In this document: one piece after another, positions 33,748 to 54,870 of the stretch | How positions within the stretch are numbered: the stretch's first letter is position 1 | Layout of the letters: each line of letters opens with the position of its first letter | Assembly (NCBI RefSeq): GCF_009914755.1 | Contig: NC_060941.1 | Origin: the human T2T-CHM13v2.0 reference genome, Homo sapiens | DNA length: 64,000 nt | Strand: one strand, 5' to 3' | Notes under the pieces: model-generated | What the model was told of the DNA's origin: nothing | The model's database searches: none | What the model saw: the letters and a program-made list of their open reading frames with translations, nothing else | Position numbers and translations under genes: made by a program

Positions 33748-34459
33748 ACAAGGCAGAGATCAGCTGAACCTGCAGCTTCTGCTGCCCTGCCCACCAGCCC
33801 CCATGTTCACCCCACCCTGATTACGATCTTCTCCAGTGCCTAGTGATGCCCTTGGGACACCTTCCCTTCCTCCACTATGTCCCCACCTGGCTGCCTGTCC
33901 CCCTGGCTGGAAGCCCCTGGGAGGAGTGGGAGGCTGCTACTGGCCAGCCTGAGCTCAGCCTGGACACTGTCTAGCTAGGCTTGGGGGCGGCCTGGAAGGA
34001 CCCACATGGAACAGTGGGCGGGGGACAGTGCCGGGACCCCTGGCTCTGGCAGTCCACCAGATCCGGTGGGCTAGAGGGCCCTGCGTGTGGTGGCCACACC
34101 GCCCAGGGGAGGCCTGGCTGGTTCCACAGGCCCTGGAGGCGGGCAGATAAGTTTGGCCTTGATCTTTAACCTCCTGATCCTTGCCCAAGGAAATTGTAGG
34201 AGCCCCCAAAGCCAGAATAAACTTCTCCCTCTTCTTCTGGATGGGCCCATCCACTGCGGCCAGCCATATCTTTATTATTTTAAGCAAAAAAACTAAAGCT
34301 CTGGCCCCGTCTAGAACAAGAACCAGAGGAGAGGCTTATAGAGTTGTGTAAGCCTTGGGGGGCAGTGAGAGAAAGGTCCCCGACCTTCCACCCTCTCTGG
34401 ACAGAAGTGGCTGCTGAGGGTCTAGAGAGTGCCCTCTCTCCTTGCATTAACCCCATGCA

Positions 34460-35440
34460 GAGTGAGTCCCCGCAATTAACGCTGCCACCCCCTGAAACTA
34501 AAGGAGCGGGGTTCGGGTGTGGAAAATCTTCCCGGATCTTCATCTGCGGCGGCCCCTGCCCCACCCCCACTGCCCCTAGCCATGGGAGCCCGAATAATCC
34601 TTGCGAAGAGAGGATAATTAATTCAAAAAGGCCACATCCTGGGGCCTCGGCCCTTTGACAAGGGAGAGGAGGGGAGGCGGGAGGGGAGGCGAGGGCCGAG
34701 CGGGGCCGCGAAGGAGGCTGTTGGAATAATCCCCATCTCAGGGCAACATCTTTCCAGCCCTAATTAGACTCCGGGGCATTATCCCTGCATGCGTTGTCCA
34801 TGGCGGCCAGGAAAAGGGCGAGGCCAACTTTATTTCTGAATTTGGACTGACTTAAAGAAGTGGCATCACATTTGAAGGGCACCCAATCGCTCCGTTGCCC
34901 TCGCTGCATGAAATTGTATCTGCTTGCCACTTCCTATCTCGCCGGGCGCAGCTGGGCTGTAAGTCATTGGTGATAACATTCTTTATTATGCCGTCGTGTT
35001 TATGAACTGTGCCTGGAAAGAGATGATAGAAATATGCAGCAATATGCAAAGGCATCGGGGAGGAGGGGGAAGGGGGAGCAAATGTTAGTTGCCAGGGCAA
35101 CGATGGGGCTATTTTGGGCATCGGATTTTGCGGATGATGAAAACCATTTTCCTGCAACGGTTGGACTCTCCCCTCCCCCTTCCTGGAGGCGATAAATGCA
35201 CAGTGAATATTTAGGAAGGGGATGGCTTAATTTCTTAATTAAAAATTATGATCTTTTCCTCTCTGCCTCCTTTAAAAACGGATAAAAAAAATCGAAGGGT
35301 GTTGAGAAGCATTCTTGAGTGGAAGGCGAGCTTTCGTTCTGGTGGAAGGAGATGTGTGAATAATGCACTCACTTTACTGATGCCTGCCACCTCCCCCATC
35401 AGGCTCATCCACCGCCTTTCACCTACACCGACTTAACTCT
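34460..35440. promoter_or_regulatory. CpG-enriched putative enhancer / alternative promoter
   Basis: Locally high CpG, GC boxes (ggggaggcggg), cctttga, ccaat, multiple TAAT palindromes (ataattaatt, ctaattag, ttaattaa); no repeats. Confidence 0.5.
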
Positions 35441-35874
35441 GATAAACTCCCCAAGCAAAATCCCCGAGCCCCAGACCTCAGCCTAATCTCAAAACCTCCA
35501 GGTGTTTATAAGCAAGCTGAATTCCAATGAGTCTCAGGGCAACTTGGCTTCCGACGAGATGGCTGGAAGATGGCTCCATCTCTGGGCACAGATGTCCCTG
35601 AGAAACAAAAGCTCAGGACCAGGGGCTGGGACGATGCCCTCCTCCTGCCCCTCCATCTGAGACACAGGCTTCCCGGAGGAGGGATTCGCCCTCTGCAGGC
35701 ACTGGGCTGCTTATGTAAGCCTGGTCAGCTCCACACCCAAAAGGAGGCGAGGCTGGTGCCCGTCTGGATTTGTGACTGTGTCCCGCCATCCCACGTGCTG
35801 TGTCTGTTTCCATAGGGTGGAGGAGCTAATGGGTTTCAACCTTGCCTCCTCCCTGCTGTTTCCTCAGTGGCTCT

Positions 35875-36045
35875 CCAAGTAGGGTCCCCTGACCGGCAGC
35901 CACAACCGCAGCGTCACCTGGGGATTTGTGGAAAATGCAAAATGTAGGGGTCCCACTCCAGACTTGCTGAATCAGAACTAGAGGCAGGTTCTAAGGAAGC
36001 CCCTGCAGGTGAGGCTGATGCAGCTGCAGGGTGAGAACCGCTGTG
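35875..36045. mobile_element. MER5A
   Basis: cagcgtcacctgggatttgtggaaaatgcaaa...gctgaatcagaa...caggtgaggctgatgca...tgagaaccgctg. Confidence 0.75.
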
Positions 36046-38077
36046 TTAAAGACAGATGGTGCCCAGGTATGCATTATCCTGCCCCCTTGCCTGCCACACG
36101 CCCTGCCTCATAGCCTGCAGGTGCTCGATAAGTGGGTGTGGAATGAATGGATCTGGGGAAATAATCCTGCAGTATAATCTCCCACCCTCTGGCCAGCCTC
36201 TGTGCCCACTGCCCACCTGCCAGCCTCCCCAGCATGCTCTGGTGTGTGATGGGAGAGCCGAGGGCCGTGAGGACACAGCAGGTGATTTTCCAGGCTCGCA
36301 ACCCAAGGTCTGGGGTTGGAGAGGGATGACTCATGGCAGCCTTTTTTCCTACTTGTCTGGGCCTCTGTGACTGGCTGGCACCCCTCTGTCAGGTGCCCCT
36401 ATGAACAGGTCACCCAGACATGTCACTGAGTTCTGGTACCAGGTCTAAGACATGCTCCTGGGTCCAGAACCATCTTGCGGGGACAGCTGGCTTCTGGAAA
36501 GTTCCATAGGTGTCAAAGTTGGAGGAACAGAATGCATCTCATTGGAGGGTGGTGGCTCTTGCTTTGTGGTTGGAATGGGTTCGTGCAGTTAACGTGCTCT
36601 TTCTGTATCTCTGGCTTTGTGACAATGAGTCGTGCTGTGATTCCCAGTACCCCTTCCTGCCCACTCCCTCCACCAGAAGGAGGACCCCTGAAGATGTCTG
36701 TGGGCCAGTTTTGGGAGGTTCTTTGGGATAAATTAGGAGAGCAGGTGGCTGGTGTCTTCAGCTGTAGGCTCTTCTTGTGGGGATGTCAGTTATCAGAACA
36801 TTATTACTCTGAGTCTGAAGAGAGTAAAATGATTTATGCTTTCTTTTGAAAACAAACTTTTAATTGCTTATCAGCCAAGTAATACATTCTCATGTAGAAA
36901 AATTGAAAAATATAGAAAGGTATGAAGAAATAAAGTATCTACAGTTTTCCTGTCTGGAGATAAAAGATAATCTTTTTCTGCCTTTTTGTTTTTCTCTTTA
37001 TTTTTACAGACTTGAGATCATATCGTATTCTGCTTTTTTTAGCTATCATCATAATGTGAACATTTTTCCATTTCCTTAAATAGTCTTTAATACATCCTTT
37101 TTTTAGTGGCTGCATAATATTTTATAGTGTGGCTGTATCATAGTTAAGCGTTTTTTTTTGAATAAATGATTTTCCATGTCTCTTTCAGGCTATGGAAGTG
37201 GCAGCTTGTGATTTTAATACCAAAGAAAGCCCAGAGCTTAGAGAGAGGCAGAGGTGAGTCTCTTTGTGTTTGACGCCTGGCATTTGAGTTGTGCTGAAGG
37301 AAGAGAAGCCAATCCATCACTGGGGATTGAAGTTAGCTTCTGTGGTGACATTCATGGGTGAGAGACAAAATCACTTCCCGCAGGGCAAGTGGCAGCATTT
37401 GGCATTTCGCAGGTTACCAGTGAGGTAATGGAGTCAAATAGAAGTTCACTGGAAGCTTCTTTTTAATGCCCTTGAATGGGCTGTCAAAGGAGGAAGAGGA
37501 AGAGCTGCCACTCTGCCAAGACCCGCCCTCTGCAGAGCCCTGGATACGTACCAACTGCCCCTCAGGTGCAGTAGGCCAGCAGGCTGGGGCCTTGTGCTCT
37601 TTGGGTAGGTGGACCTGCTGGCAGGGCCCTCCCCACTCCTGTGGGGGAGAAGCAGAGATCAGCCTGGAGTCTTGGGTAATATTTCTGCTCCATTTTCCCC
37701 CTCTATTTTGGGGTCCACACACCATGAATGAGAGTGGCTGAAATGAAAATCTCGAATGAACGGTATGAAGGTCAGCCCACACAGCGAGGTTTCCCGCCTG
37801 CTCCACTCTGTCCTCTCTCCGATGACACCTCAAACTTTCCATGCTTCTTTGCAGCTCTTCTTTTGCAGGAATTGGAACTTGCCACTTGTTTCCAAAGCCC
37901 TTCCAAGTCCACTCCCTTCTTCCCATCATTCCCATTACAGCCAGCTCTACCAACAGGGAACCCCAAAGGCCATAGGCGTGGTTAAGCAATACTCGAACCA
38001 TGGGGCCTCTTTTGTACAAAGTTATTTCGGCAGAATTTATTGCAGCATAAGTGTAAATACCCCATGATCCTCTGGGG

Positions 38078-38679
<602 letters not shown>

Positions 38680-39164
38680 TGAGTACTTTCTGAAAAGTGA
38701 GGTCCTGAAATCAGCAGAATTTGATAAACTGTGGGCTGAACACAGTTAAAAGATTTAACAGGGCTCTGCCTCCATTTGCTTTGGATCGCTTTTCTCACTT
38801 CTCTTCTGTTCTTTACCCGGCTTTCAGCAGAGTGTCCTCTCCTGTGATTCTTTCTAGAACATCTTCATTTCTTCAGGGGTTTTATTTTTATTTTTATTGT
38901 TTTTCCTTCCACTTCTCTGCATTATTCCAGATCACAAACCATTTCCTCTTATCTCTCCTGAGCTCTTGTATCTCTGATCTATTCTTTTGTTTCATATAGG
39001 TTCGTGCCTTTAATTTGAATAAAGACTTTGGCCACATTTTTCATAGTTCAGTGGCAACATTTTTGGTGATGTACTGTGAATACCTCATGGCCCTGCTGCC
39101 TGGAACGTGGCGGGCACAGTTTGTCTCCACATCTGCTTCCTGCTCTGCCTGAACCTCTCCATAG

Positions 39165-39499
<335 letters not shown>

Positions 39500-40179
39500 T
39501 GCACTTTCCAGTAAAATGATGTCATTCTAAGGATAACAAGCCATGTTTGTCCAACAGATGACCCAACATCACTGGGGAAGAAAAAACAAGTGTTTGGCAT
39601 TGGTGGGGAATCATTTAAGCCTGTCTGTCCCATTGCTGAGTCTCGGAGACCAATACCTAGAGTGTTTAATGATGGTGCGGCTTGAGAACAACAGGTGTGG
39701 CTGTCAGAGAGGATCATGCCCAAAGAGGAACATTCTCGATGCGGAAGTTGGGCAGATCTGCCCAGATTAGTGACTCTTCAAGAGTGGAGGAGCACAGCTT
39801 GTTTATCTGTGTTTATGAAGGGCTCCAGAGTAGACAGTTCATGTATTTATCTCTTTAGTTCTTATCACACATGCTTTCCAGGAGGCGCAGGAGAGAAGCG
39901 ATAGCGTCTACTGCGTCTTTTGCTGGACAAGGGGAGAGGAAGCATGCTGTATGTATGGAGATACTTATTTAGGTTATAAATTTACCACTCACAGTCTCTA
40001 AGTTGGATTGCCCATCGGCAGTGATTTGCTCTGTTACAGTATTTAGTTTTGTTTCAAAAGCCATTGGTGATTTTAACTCTCTCCCTCCTTGTGGGCTCTA
40101 GTCTTAAATCCTACAGGACCGACACTAAATTCGTCACCTTTCTTCTCCTTCCCTCCATTTCTCCCCACAGTTTCCTTCA

Positions 40180-40596
<417 letters not shown>

Positions 40597-40904
40597 TTAT
40601 CTGTCATCATATTTATTGTCTTTTTCCTTCCAAAATGGTTCTCAGCATCATCCCCAAAGCCCCTGCCCAGACAAACCACAGAAATGCTGCAGGCAAAAGG
40701 ATAGGTGTGAGAACGTATGGCAGGGTTATGTGACTTAGCCAGGAAGAGTTGGTGGGCGTTGATGTCCAGGGAAGCACCCTCTGGGGAAACAGCTTTCTGC
40801 CTGAGACCTGAAGGACCAGCATCGTAGGAGTTCGGCAACCTGGGTTTCCTCCCTCCAGCCTGTTCCCATGGTCCTTCAGCCTGGTCTTCCTCACCTAACC
40901 CTTT

Positions 40905-41164
40905 GTGGCAGTTTTCTGGGGCTCCTGTAGCCAAGTACCACACACCGAGGGGCTTGAAACCACAGAAGTGTATCCTCTCACAGTTCAGAAGGCCAGATGT
41001 CCAACATCGAGGGGTTGGCAGGGTCAGTTCCTTCTGGAGGCTGTAGGGGAGGATCTAACCCATGCCTCTTCCTAGGTTTTGGGGGCTCCCGACAATCTTT
41101 GGTGTCCTTTGGCAGCCTGCAGCTGCCTCCCGTTGATATCTGCTCCATCTTCACATGGCCTCCG

Positions 41165-41198
<34 letters not shown>

Positions 41199-41380
41199 TT
41201 CTCTTCTTTTTATTTTCAAAGGACACCAGTCATATCCAATTTAGGGCCTCCTGTAATCCAGTAGGACCTCATCTTAACTTTCATTACACCTGCAAAGGCC
41301 CTATTTACACAGTAGGCCACATTCACAGATTCTGAACCTTGAACCATGAATTCTGGTGAGACACGATTCAACCCAGTACA
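40905..41380. mobile_element. MLT1B/C-like MaLR LTR containing (TG)15 at 41168-41197
   Basis: tcctctcacagttc.gaaggccaga.gtcc...ttccttctggaggct...aaggacaccagtcat...gacctcatcttaact...attcaacccagtaca. Confidence 0.8.
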
Positions 41381-41470
41381 CCCTTGTTTAAGAACCGACC
41401 CAAGAGACTGTTTGAAGCTGTGCAATGAATCCCAGTTCCTGGATATCAAGTCCAAACTTCCTAGGCAGGC

Positions 41471-41785
41471 TTTTACTTATTTATTTATCTATTTATTTTT
41501 TGAGGCAGCGTCTCACTTTGTCCCAAGGCTGGAGTACAGTGGGGCAATTATGGCTCATTGCAGCCTCCACTTCTCGGGCTTAAGCTATCCTCCCACCTCC
41601 GCCTCCTGAGTAGCTAGGACTAGAGGTGTGACCCACCATGCCTGGCTAATTTTTTTTTATGTTTTTGTAGAGATAGGGTCGCCCTACATTGCCCAGGCTG
41701 GTCTCAAATTTCTGGTCTCAACGGATCTTCCTGCTTTGGCCTCTCAAAGTGTTGAGATTACAGGTGTGAGTCACTGTGCCTGGCC
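41471..41785 (-). mobile_element. AluJ
   Basis: Diverged Alu consensus. Confidence 0.9.
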
Positions 41786-41794
41786 CAGGCGGAG

Positions 41795-42435
<641 letters not shown>

Positions 42436-42639
42436 TAAGGCTGAGTTTTTACAAACACCATTCCGATCTATGGACTCACCCTTATATCCCACCACCCCCA
42501 GGACCATCTTCTCAGTCGAGCTCATGTTCCCGGCCCTGCCCATGCTTCTTCTGGTCACTCCTCCTACCCTTGTTGAAAGATACATTGCCCCTGCCCTGGC
42601 GTACCCCTGTGGTCCTCAGCTCTGGCCTGTCTTTTCCAC

Positions 42640-43040
42640 GGCTGCACCAAGGCTCTTTGCCTGAGACGCTCTGTTCCCATGAGGTTCTCTTGGCCTGTGG
42701 ACAGCAGGAGTTAGGAAGCCCCAAGGAATTAGCACCTCCAGGGAGCAGCCCTTAACCAGTGACTTGTGGGAGTAAGTGAATAAAGACCTCATCTTTCTTG
42801 CTCTTCTGGTGAGATAATTCTGAGGCGCATGGCAAGGATGCCATTTTCCAGAGTTCTGCAGTGGGATTAAGCTCCGCTCTCTCTCGGAGGAGACATGTTG
42901 CTACCTCACCCTTTTGAGGTTGCTTCACCTTCCCTGCCCCACTTACCCCCTCCCCTGCAGGTGCTTCCCATGACCACCTGCCACATCCACCCCCAGAAAC
43001 CCTGCAGCAGGCTCCACTTCAGTGAGGATCCCAGCCTCTC
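42640..43040. mobile_element. LTR16-like ERVL LTR
   Basis: gggagcagcccttaaccagtgact..tgggagt...gataattctgaggc...gggattaagctcc. Confidence 0.6.
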
Positions 43041-43292
43041 ATACTGCTTTCTGCACTTAAAATGCCTATTCACGGCTGATATCAAATGTATGCTCCAAAC
43101 CAGTTCCACTTCCTTCTCCACACTTTCTAGGATGACGTCAACCTGCACAATTTCTCTTTTCTCAGAACCGTGAGTGCCACAAGAGTCGGAACTCCTTTGG
43201 CCTTTCTGCTGCTTTTTGGCTTTGTTTGATTTCTCTTTCACAGAGACCATGTTTTTTGCATCTCATGTGGAGCACGTCAAACAACTTCCTAA

Positions 43293-43725
<433 letters not shown>

Positions 43726-44643
43726 TTCCTTGTCTTTTTATTCATTCTTGCAGGAGGAAAGAAATTTCCAGAGCCAACTGACATTTACCATCATGTCTAT
43801 TTGCTGAAAAAGAAAAACAAACAAAAACAAAACCCTACTGGCCTCCCTTTCTTGGGTCTGCAGTGGGGCAGCCGTTCTTGGCAGGGTCCTGGGGTCTAGT
43901 TGAGTTTTTCCATGTGGTTCTGCTGTATTCAAGTAGGATTTTCTCCCACCCCTTTCCACTTGATGACAACACTCAGAACCAGGTGGATTGCGTGGAACCG
44001 TCCGAGCCTCCGGCTGCTCTGGAGTGCAGGTAGCCTGCCACCTGCTCCTGCTCTGACTGTGGTCACTGGAGCCATATCCACAGCCTATTTGTGGTTCTGT
44101 GCTGGTTTTCTCTTTGATAGACTATTTTATCCAAGATGTGCTAGGAATCACAGACCAAGGCTGAGGCTGTGGCTTCTGCAAAAGTTTGTTAATTCCTGCT
44201 CTTCCCACCTCCTGCTTGCCCAATACCATCGAGAAAGAGCCAGAGAGAAAAAGGGAAATCCCCTCCACACTGCTCCCTGCATCCTGGCTCCTCAACTTGC
44301 TCATCCTCAGGCCCCATGAAAGCTGCAGGGGATGGGAGCACTTGGGATTGTGAGGAGGTGGCAGCTGCAGAGGCTCTTCCTCATGGGGTGTTTATGCAAA
44401 GGTTTGTGCCCCAGTTGGGTGTGGGAGGACACACACGAAGTGGTGGCCAGACCCCTGTCAGCCTCTGGGCCCTCATTAAAGGCTGGTCCTCTCTGGCTGT
44501 CTTCTCAGCCCCTTGGCCTTATGCTTTGGTGCATTCATGTTTCTTAATAGTGTAAGGCGAACAACAGTCTTGGTTTGCTCAGGACTAAGAGGATCCCCCA
44601 GATGCAGGGTCTTCAGTGCTAAGTTGGTGACCCTGGTAGTTAG

Positions 44644-44993
<350 letters not shown>

Positions 44994-45544
44994 TGGATAC
45001 GTGATTTTTTTTTTTTTTGCATTGACACAGTCACAGCTCCCAGCCTATGCTCAGTATTTTTAGCTAGTGTCCTTCTCTGTATCCTCTTGGCTACTCACTT
45101 GGTTTAAATGAATATATTATAGATGATATATCTAATATAACCAATGCAAGTAATTTTCTACTCTCTTAATTTTTGTACACAAAAGTCCTACTAAAAAGGC
45201 TTGCCACATCCCTCCTAAACTAGAGAGATGTCACTGACAGGCATGTTGGGGAGAGGGTGGACAGGCCCTGATGAGTGGCATGTCCCTTGAGTCCCCAATA
45301 GCTCTCAAGCAGACAGATGCCATTCTTCCCGGCTGCTCCCCTCGGCCCTGCTGGCTTTTAGGAGAGGCATGCCGTATGGGTGGGAAGAGAGGGGGCTTCT
45401 GGGTGGGGGTGGGGGGGGGTCCCACACATGTGCTTCTCCAAAAAGCATCCCCGTGGAGTCTGCTGGCCCAACTTTCTGTGATGCACCTCAGACATTCTCT
45501 AATCACAAGGCTTCTATTTGTGTTATTATTTCTATATTTAATTA

Positions 45545-45993
<449 letters not shown>

Positions 45994-46676
45994 CTATTAC
46001 CTTCAATTCAATTTATTTATATTATTAATTCGGAATTTATTTTTTGTAGAGTCTGGTCTGTCTGGATTTCAACAGGCTAATGGCCAGAAAGAAATCACTG
46101 TCTACTGAACAGAAGCTAGTTTACGTCCTGATAAATAGAAAGATACAGAAGGGTGTTGGCTTAAGAGTAAGTGACACCCCCACCTTCTTCAACCCTCTGC
46201 ACTTCTCAGTCTCATTCCTCAGACAACCATAAGTAACAGATTCCTGAATACCCTGAATATCCTTCCAGAAGTTGTGTATGGATACATAACAAATATCTGT
46301 ATATATTTTTTTTGCACAATTAGGATCATACTACATCTACAGTTTTAATCCTTTTTTTTCACTCTATAATAGATCTTGGATAATTTCATTTGGCTGTAGA
46401 TTGATTTCAATTGTATTGTAATAGACACAGCATTCCAGTTTATGGGTCAGACCTGATTTATTTATTTAGTTTTTTTTTTTTTTAATAGTAACTGTTAGAA
46501 GTGCTGCTGCATTGCACAGCTCTGCACGTCTCTCTCTGCAGTTGTGCTGGTGTATCATGGGGGAATACTCTCGGATGCAGAGTCACTGGGTTAAAGAATT
46601 AAACTTTGATTAAACATTCATCAAAGTTATGAGAGCAACAAATGCACAATATTACCAACGATTAAAAGGTAATTTA

Positions 46677-47012
46677 GGCCGGGCGCGGTGGCTCATGCTT
46701 GTAATCCCAGTACTTTGGGAGGCCGAGGGCTCGTAATCCCAGTACTTTGGGAGGCCGAGGCAGGCAGATCACTTGAGGCCAGGAGTTTGAGACCAGCCTG
46801 GCCAACATGGCAAAACCCTGTCTCTACTAAAAACGCAAACATTAGCTGGGCGTGGTGGCATGCACCTGTAATCTCAGCTACTTGGGAGGCTGCGGCAGGA
46901 GAATCACTTGAACCCGGGAGATTTTAGTGAGCCGAGATCGCACCACTGCGCTCCAGCCTGGGCGACAGAGCAAGACTCTGTCTCAAAAAAAAAAAAAAAA
47001 AAAAAAAGAAAA
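46677..47012 (+). mobile_element. AluS with an internal tandem duplication
   Basis: gtaatcccagtactttgggaggccgagg occurs twice; TSD aaaaggtaatttag. Confidence 0.95.
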
Positions 47013-47404
47013 AGGTAATTTAGACAGGCAATTAGTGCCTGGGACAGCCACATCATTCATCTAGGTGCACCTCACTTTCGAAATCCGTTTCGCACCTTAG
47101 GTAACTGAAGCAGAACAGGCAGAGGAGGATGGACAATTCTGCCTGGTGGGGGTTGGGGTATTCAGACATGAACAAGCAAAAGTGCCCCAGCAGGCAGGGT
47201 GGGATGAATGGGAATCCAGGAGTGGTAATATTTGGAACCTGTGTGTCAATAAAATGTTGATCTTTGGAATGATTTCCCCATCGACTTGTAAGACATCATT
47301 GTTTCTGAGATGCTTTAACTTCGGTTGATCTTTTTTGGTATAAACTTTCTATTTTGAAATAATTTTAGATCTATCTATAATGCAAAGATGATGCAGAGAG
47401 TTCC

Positions 47405-47610
47405 TGATTCTCAACTAGGAGCAACGTCAATTTGGCAATGTCTGGAGACACTCTTGGTTGTCCCATCCTGGGATGGGGTGCGGTTCTTCCTGGCATCTTG
47501 GGGGTAGTAGAGGACAGGGAGGCTGCTGAACGTCCTATGGCACACAGGATGGCCCCACAACAACGAATGATCTAGCCCAACGTGGCAATAGTGCCAGAAC
47601 TGAGAAGTCG
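47405..47610 (+). mobile_element. MER20 inserted in an L1MC-like 3' end (47330-47715)
   Basis: atttggcaatgtctggagaca...ggttgtc...ctggcatct...cccacaacaa.gaat.atc. Confidence 0.8.
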
Positions 47611-47863
47611 GCCCATACCCTTCACCCAGCTTCTCCTAATGTCAGCATCTTATAATAACCACAGCACCTTTATTAAAACTAAGAAATTAACATTGTACGA
47701 TTCTATGATCACTGGCTTTTTTTAAACCTCTGTCTGTCTACTTAGGCTGCTATAACAAAATGCCTTAGACTGGATAATTTATAAGCAACAGAAATTTCTT
47801 GCTTACAGCTCTGGAAGCTGGAAAGTCCACGATCAAGTTGCCATCAGATTCTGTGTCTGGTGA

Positions 47864-50730
<2,867 letters not shown>

Positions 50731-51300
50731 GGGATCTTTTATAAGGGCCCCTAATCCCATCCATGATGGCAGACCCCTCACAATCTAATCATCTCCCAAA
50801 GGCCCTACCTCTTAAAACTATCACCTGGGGATTAAATTTCAACATATGAATTTTAGGGAGACACAAACATTCAGACCATAGCACCCTCTTACCACATTTT
50901 TAGGTGTGTAGTATATTATTGGTAAGTATAAGCACAATGGTGTACAGCAGACCTCTAGAACTTTTCATCTTGTGCAACTGAAACTTTATACACACTGAAC
51001 AGCTGTTCCCCACTTTCCTCTCCCTAGCTACAGGCAACTAACCATTCTACCCTCTGTTTATATGAGTCTGACTCTTAGATACCTCATATGAATGGAATCA
51101 TGCATTGCTTTTCCTCTGTGTCTGGCTTATTTTACTTACCATTATGTCTTCCAGGTTCATGTGTGTTGTTGCATATGGCAGGACTTCCTTCTTTTTAAAG
51201 GATGAATGATATTCCATTATATTTACCATATTTATTTTATCCATTCATCAGTAAATGGGCAGTCAGTTTACTTCCACATCTTGGCTATTGTGAATAATGC

Positions 51301-51583
51301 TTTTTTTTTTTTTTTGAGATGGAGTCTCACTCTGTTGGCCAGGCACGATCTTGGCTCACTGCAACCTCCACCTCCCAGGTTCAAGCGATTCTCCTGCTTC
51401 AGCCTCCTGAGTAGTTGGGACTATAGTCATGCACCACCACACCCAGCTAATTTTTGCATTTTTAGTAGAAATGGGGTTTTGCCATGTTGGTCAGGCTGGT
51501 CCCGAACTCCTGACTTCAGGTGATCCACCCACCTCAGCCTCCCAAAGTGCTGGGATTACAGGCATGAGCCACTGCGCCTGGCC
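51301..51583 (-). mobile_element. AluS with an internal deletion
   Basis: Alu consensus; TSD gct(a/g)ttgtgaata. Confidence 0.9.
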
Positions 51584-52051
51584 TGCTGTTGTGAATAGCA
51601 CTGCAATGAACACAGAAGTGCAAATATCTCTTCAAGGTCCTGATTTTGGTTCCTTTGAATGAATACCCAGAAGTGGGATTGCTGGATCCTATGGTAATTC
51701 TATCTTTAATTTTTCGAGGAGCCTCCAGACTGTCTTCCACAGCAGCTGCACCATTTCACATTCCCACCAATCGTGCACAAGTGTGCCAATCTCTTCACAT
51801 CCTCATCAACACACATTATTATTATTTTTAAAATGGCTGCTCTAACAGATGTGAGGTGGTATTTCACTGTTGTTTTGTCTACGTGATTAGCAATGTCGAG
51901 CATCTTTTGATGTTCCTGTTGGCCATTTGTACATATTCTTTGAAGAAATGCCTGTTCAAGTTCTTTTCCTCTTTTTAAAATTGGGTTATTTGTTTTTTGC
52001 TACTGAGTTGTAGGAGTTCCTTGTATTATTATGGATATTAACCCCTTATCA

Positions 52052-52789
<738 letters not shown>

Positions 52790-53465
52790 TAAGTATGTAT
52801 ACATTAAAGAATGTCTAAATTGAGCTACTTAACATATGCATTACTCATATACTTATTTTTTTCGTGAGAAGACTTAAAAAGTACTCTCTTGGCAATTTTC
52901 AAGAATACAACAGGCTTAATAATATTCCATTGTGTATATATACCACATTTAAAAAAATTCACTCATCCGTTGATGGACACAAGTTGATTCCATATTTTGG
53001 CTACTGTGAATAGTGCTATAATAAACATGGGAGTGCAAATATCTCTTCGACATACTAAGTTTATTTCCTTTGGGTATGTACCCAGTAGTGGGATTGCTGG
53101 ATCATATGGAGTTCTATTTTTAATTTTTTGAGGAACCTCCTACTGGTTTCCAAAATGGCTATACTAATTTACATTCCCATCAACAGTGTGCCAGGGCTTC
53201 CTTCTTCCACATCCTCAACAACACCTGTTATCTTTTGTCTTCTTCATAATAGTGATTCTAACAGGTGTGAGGTGACGTCTCATTGTAATTTTAATTTGCA
53301 TTTCCCTGATGATTCGTGATGTTGAGCATTTTTTCATATACGTGTTGGTCATTTGTACTTCTTCTTTGGAGAAATGTCTATTCAGGTGCTTTGCCCATTT
53401 TTTAATTGGGTTATTAGTTTTCTTACTATTGAATAGTTTGGGTCCTTACATACTTTTTATGTTAA

Positions 53466-53932
<467 letters not shown>

Positions 53933-54734
53933 TTTGCCACGATCAGCTTGGCTTTTTAAAACTTTAGTTTTGTTTTTATTACTCCATACCTCTTCAACTC
54001 TCAGTAAGTCACTAGTGGCCTGAAACAAAATGTAAGTGCGCTAGGGAGCTTCCTCTGTGGGATGAGCCATTTTATAACACAAAACCTTCTGCCACACGGA
54101 TCGCCTTTTCATCATTAATTTGTCTGGTAAATATCACATTAGTCCAGGCTTTACAAAATCAGATACTAGATGTACTTCCCATGAAAACATGAACAAATCT
54201 GCATTTGGAAGATCTGGGTGGCAGGACACAGAGGTGAGGGACCTTTCCGGAGGGTCCAAGTCCTCCCTCTGGAGGACAGTCACTATCTAGAACTGTGTCT
54301 ACAGGAACTGTTTTCATGCATCCAGATGTGGACATGAAGGACCAGCCCACGGTAATGACTGGCTAAGTCAATTCCATACATATTTACTGAGCATTCCCCA
54401 TGCCCTGGGCGCTGAGAGGGTCCCCCTAGGAAGCAGGTGCATCCTGCCCTTGGTGAGATTAGGCTTCTGTCGTACTCAGTCAGTGCAATATCGTCAACTC
54501 CCAAGACCCCTACCTAGCCAGGTAGAGGAGAGGATTGGAGAGAAATCATTAAGTCACTTCAGCCCTTTTAATTAGCTTTTTCCAGTCTCAAGTGCTACTG
54601 CAGGTATGAGGGAAGTGAAGCCCTGAGCGCTGCTCCGGAGGATTTGGCATGCGAGTGAGTGGGAAAGAAAGAAAGCTCCTTCAATGACTGCCGTGGAAAA
54701 AGTGCCCCGGATTGGCGCATCTGAAGCTGACGTG

Positions 54735-54870
54735 CGCACGGGTCACCTGGGAGTCCTGTCAAAATGTAGGTTCTGATTTGCTGGATTGGGGTGTGGCCCA
54801 ACAACCTGCATTTCCGGTTTGCCCAGGTGATGTTCATGCCACTGATCCTGAGCCACACTTTGAGAAGCCA
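54735..54870. mobile_element. MER5A
   Basis: gtcacctgggagtcctgtcaaaatgtaggttctgatt...ctgcattt...ccaggtgatg...ccacactttgag. Confidence 0.7.
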
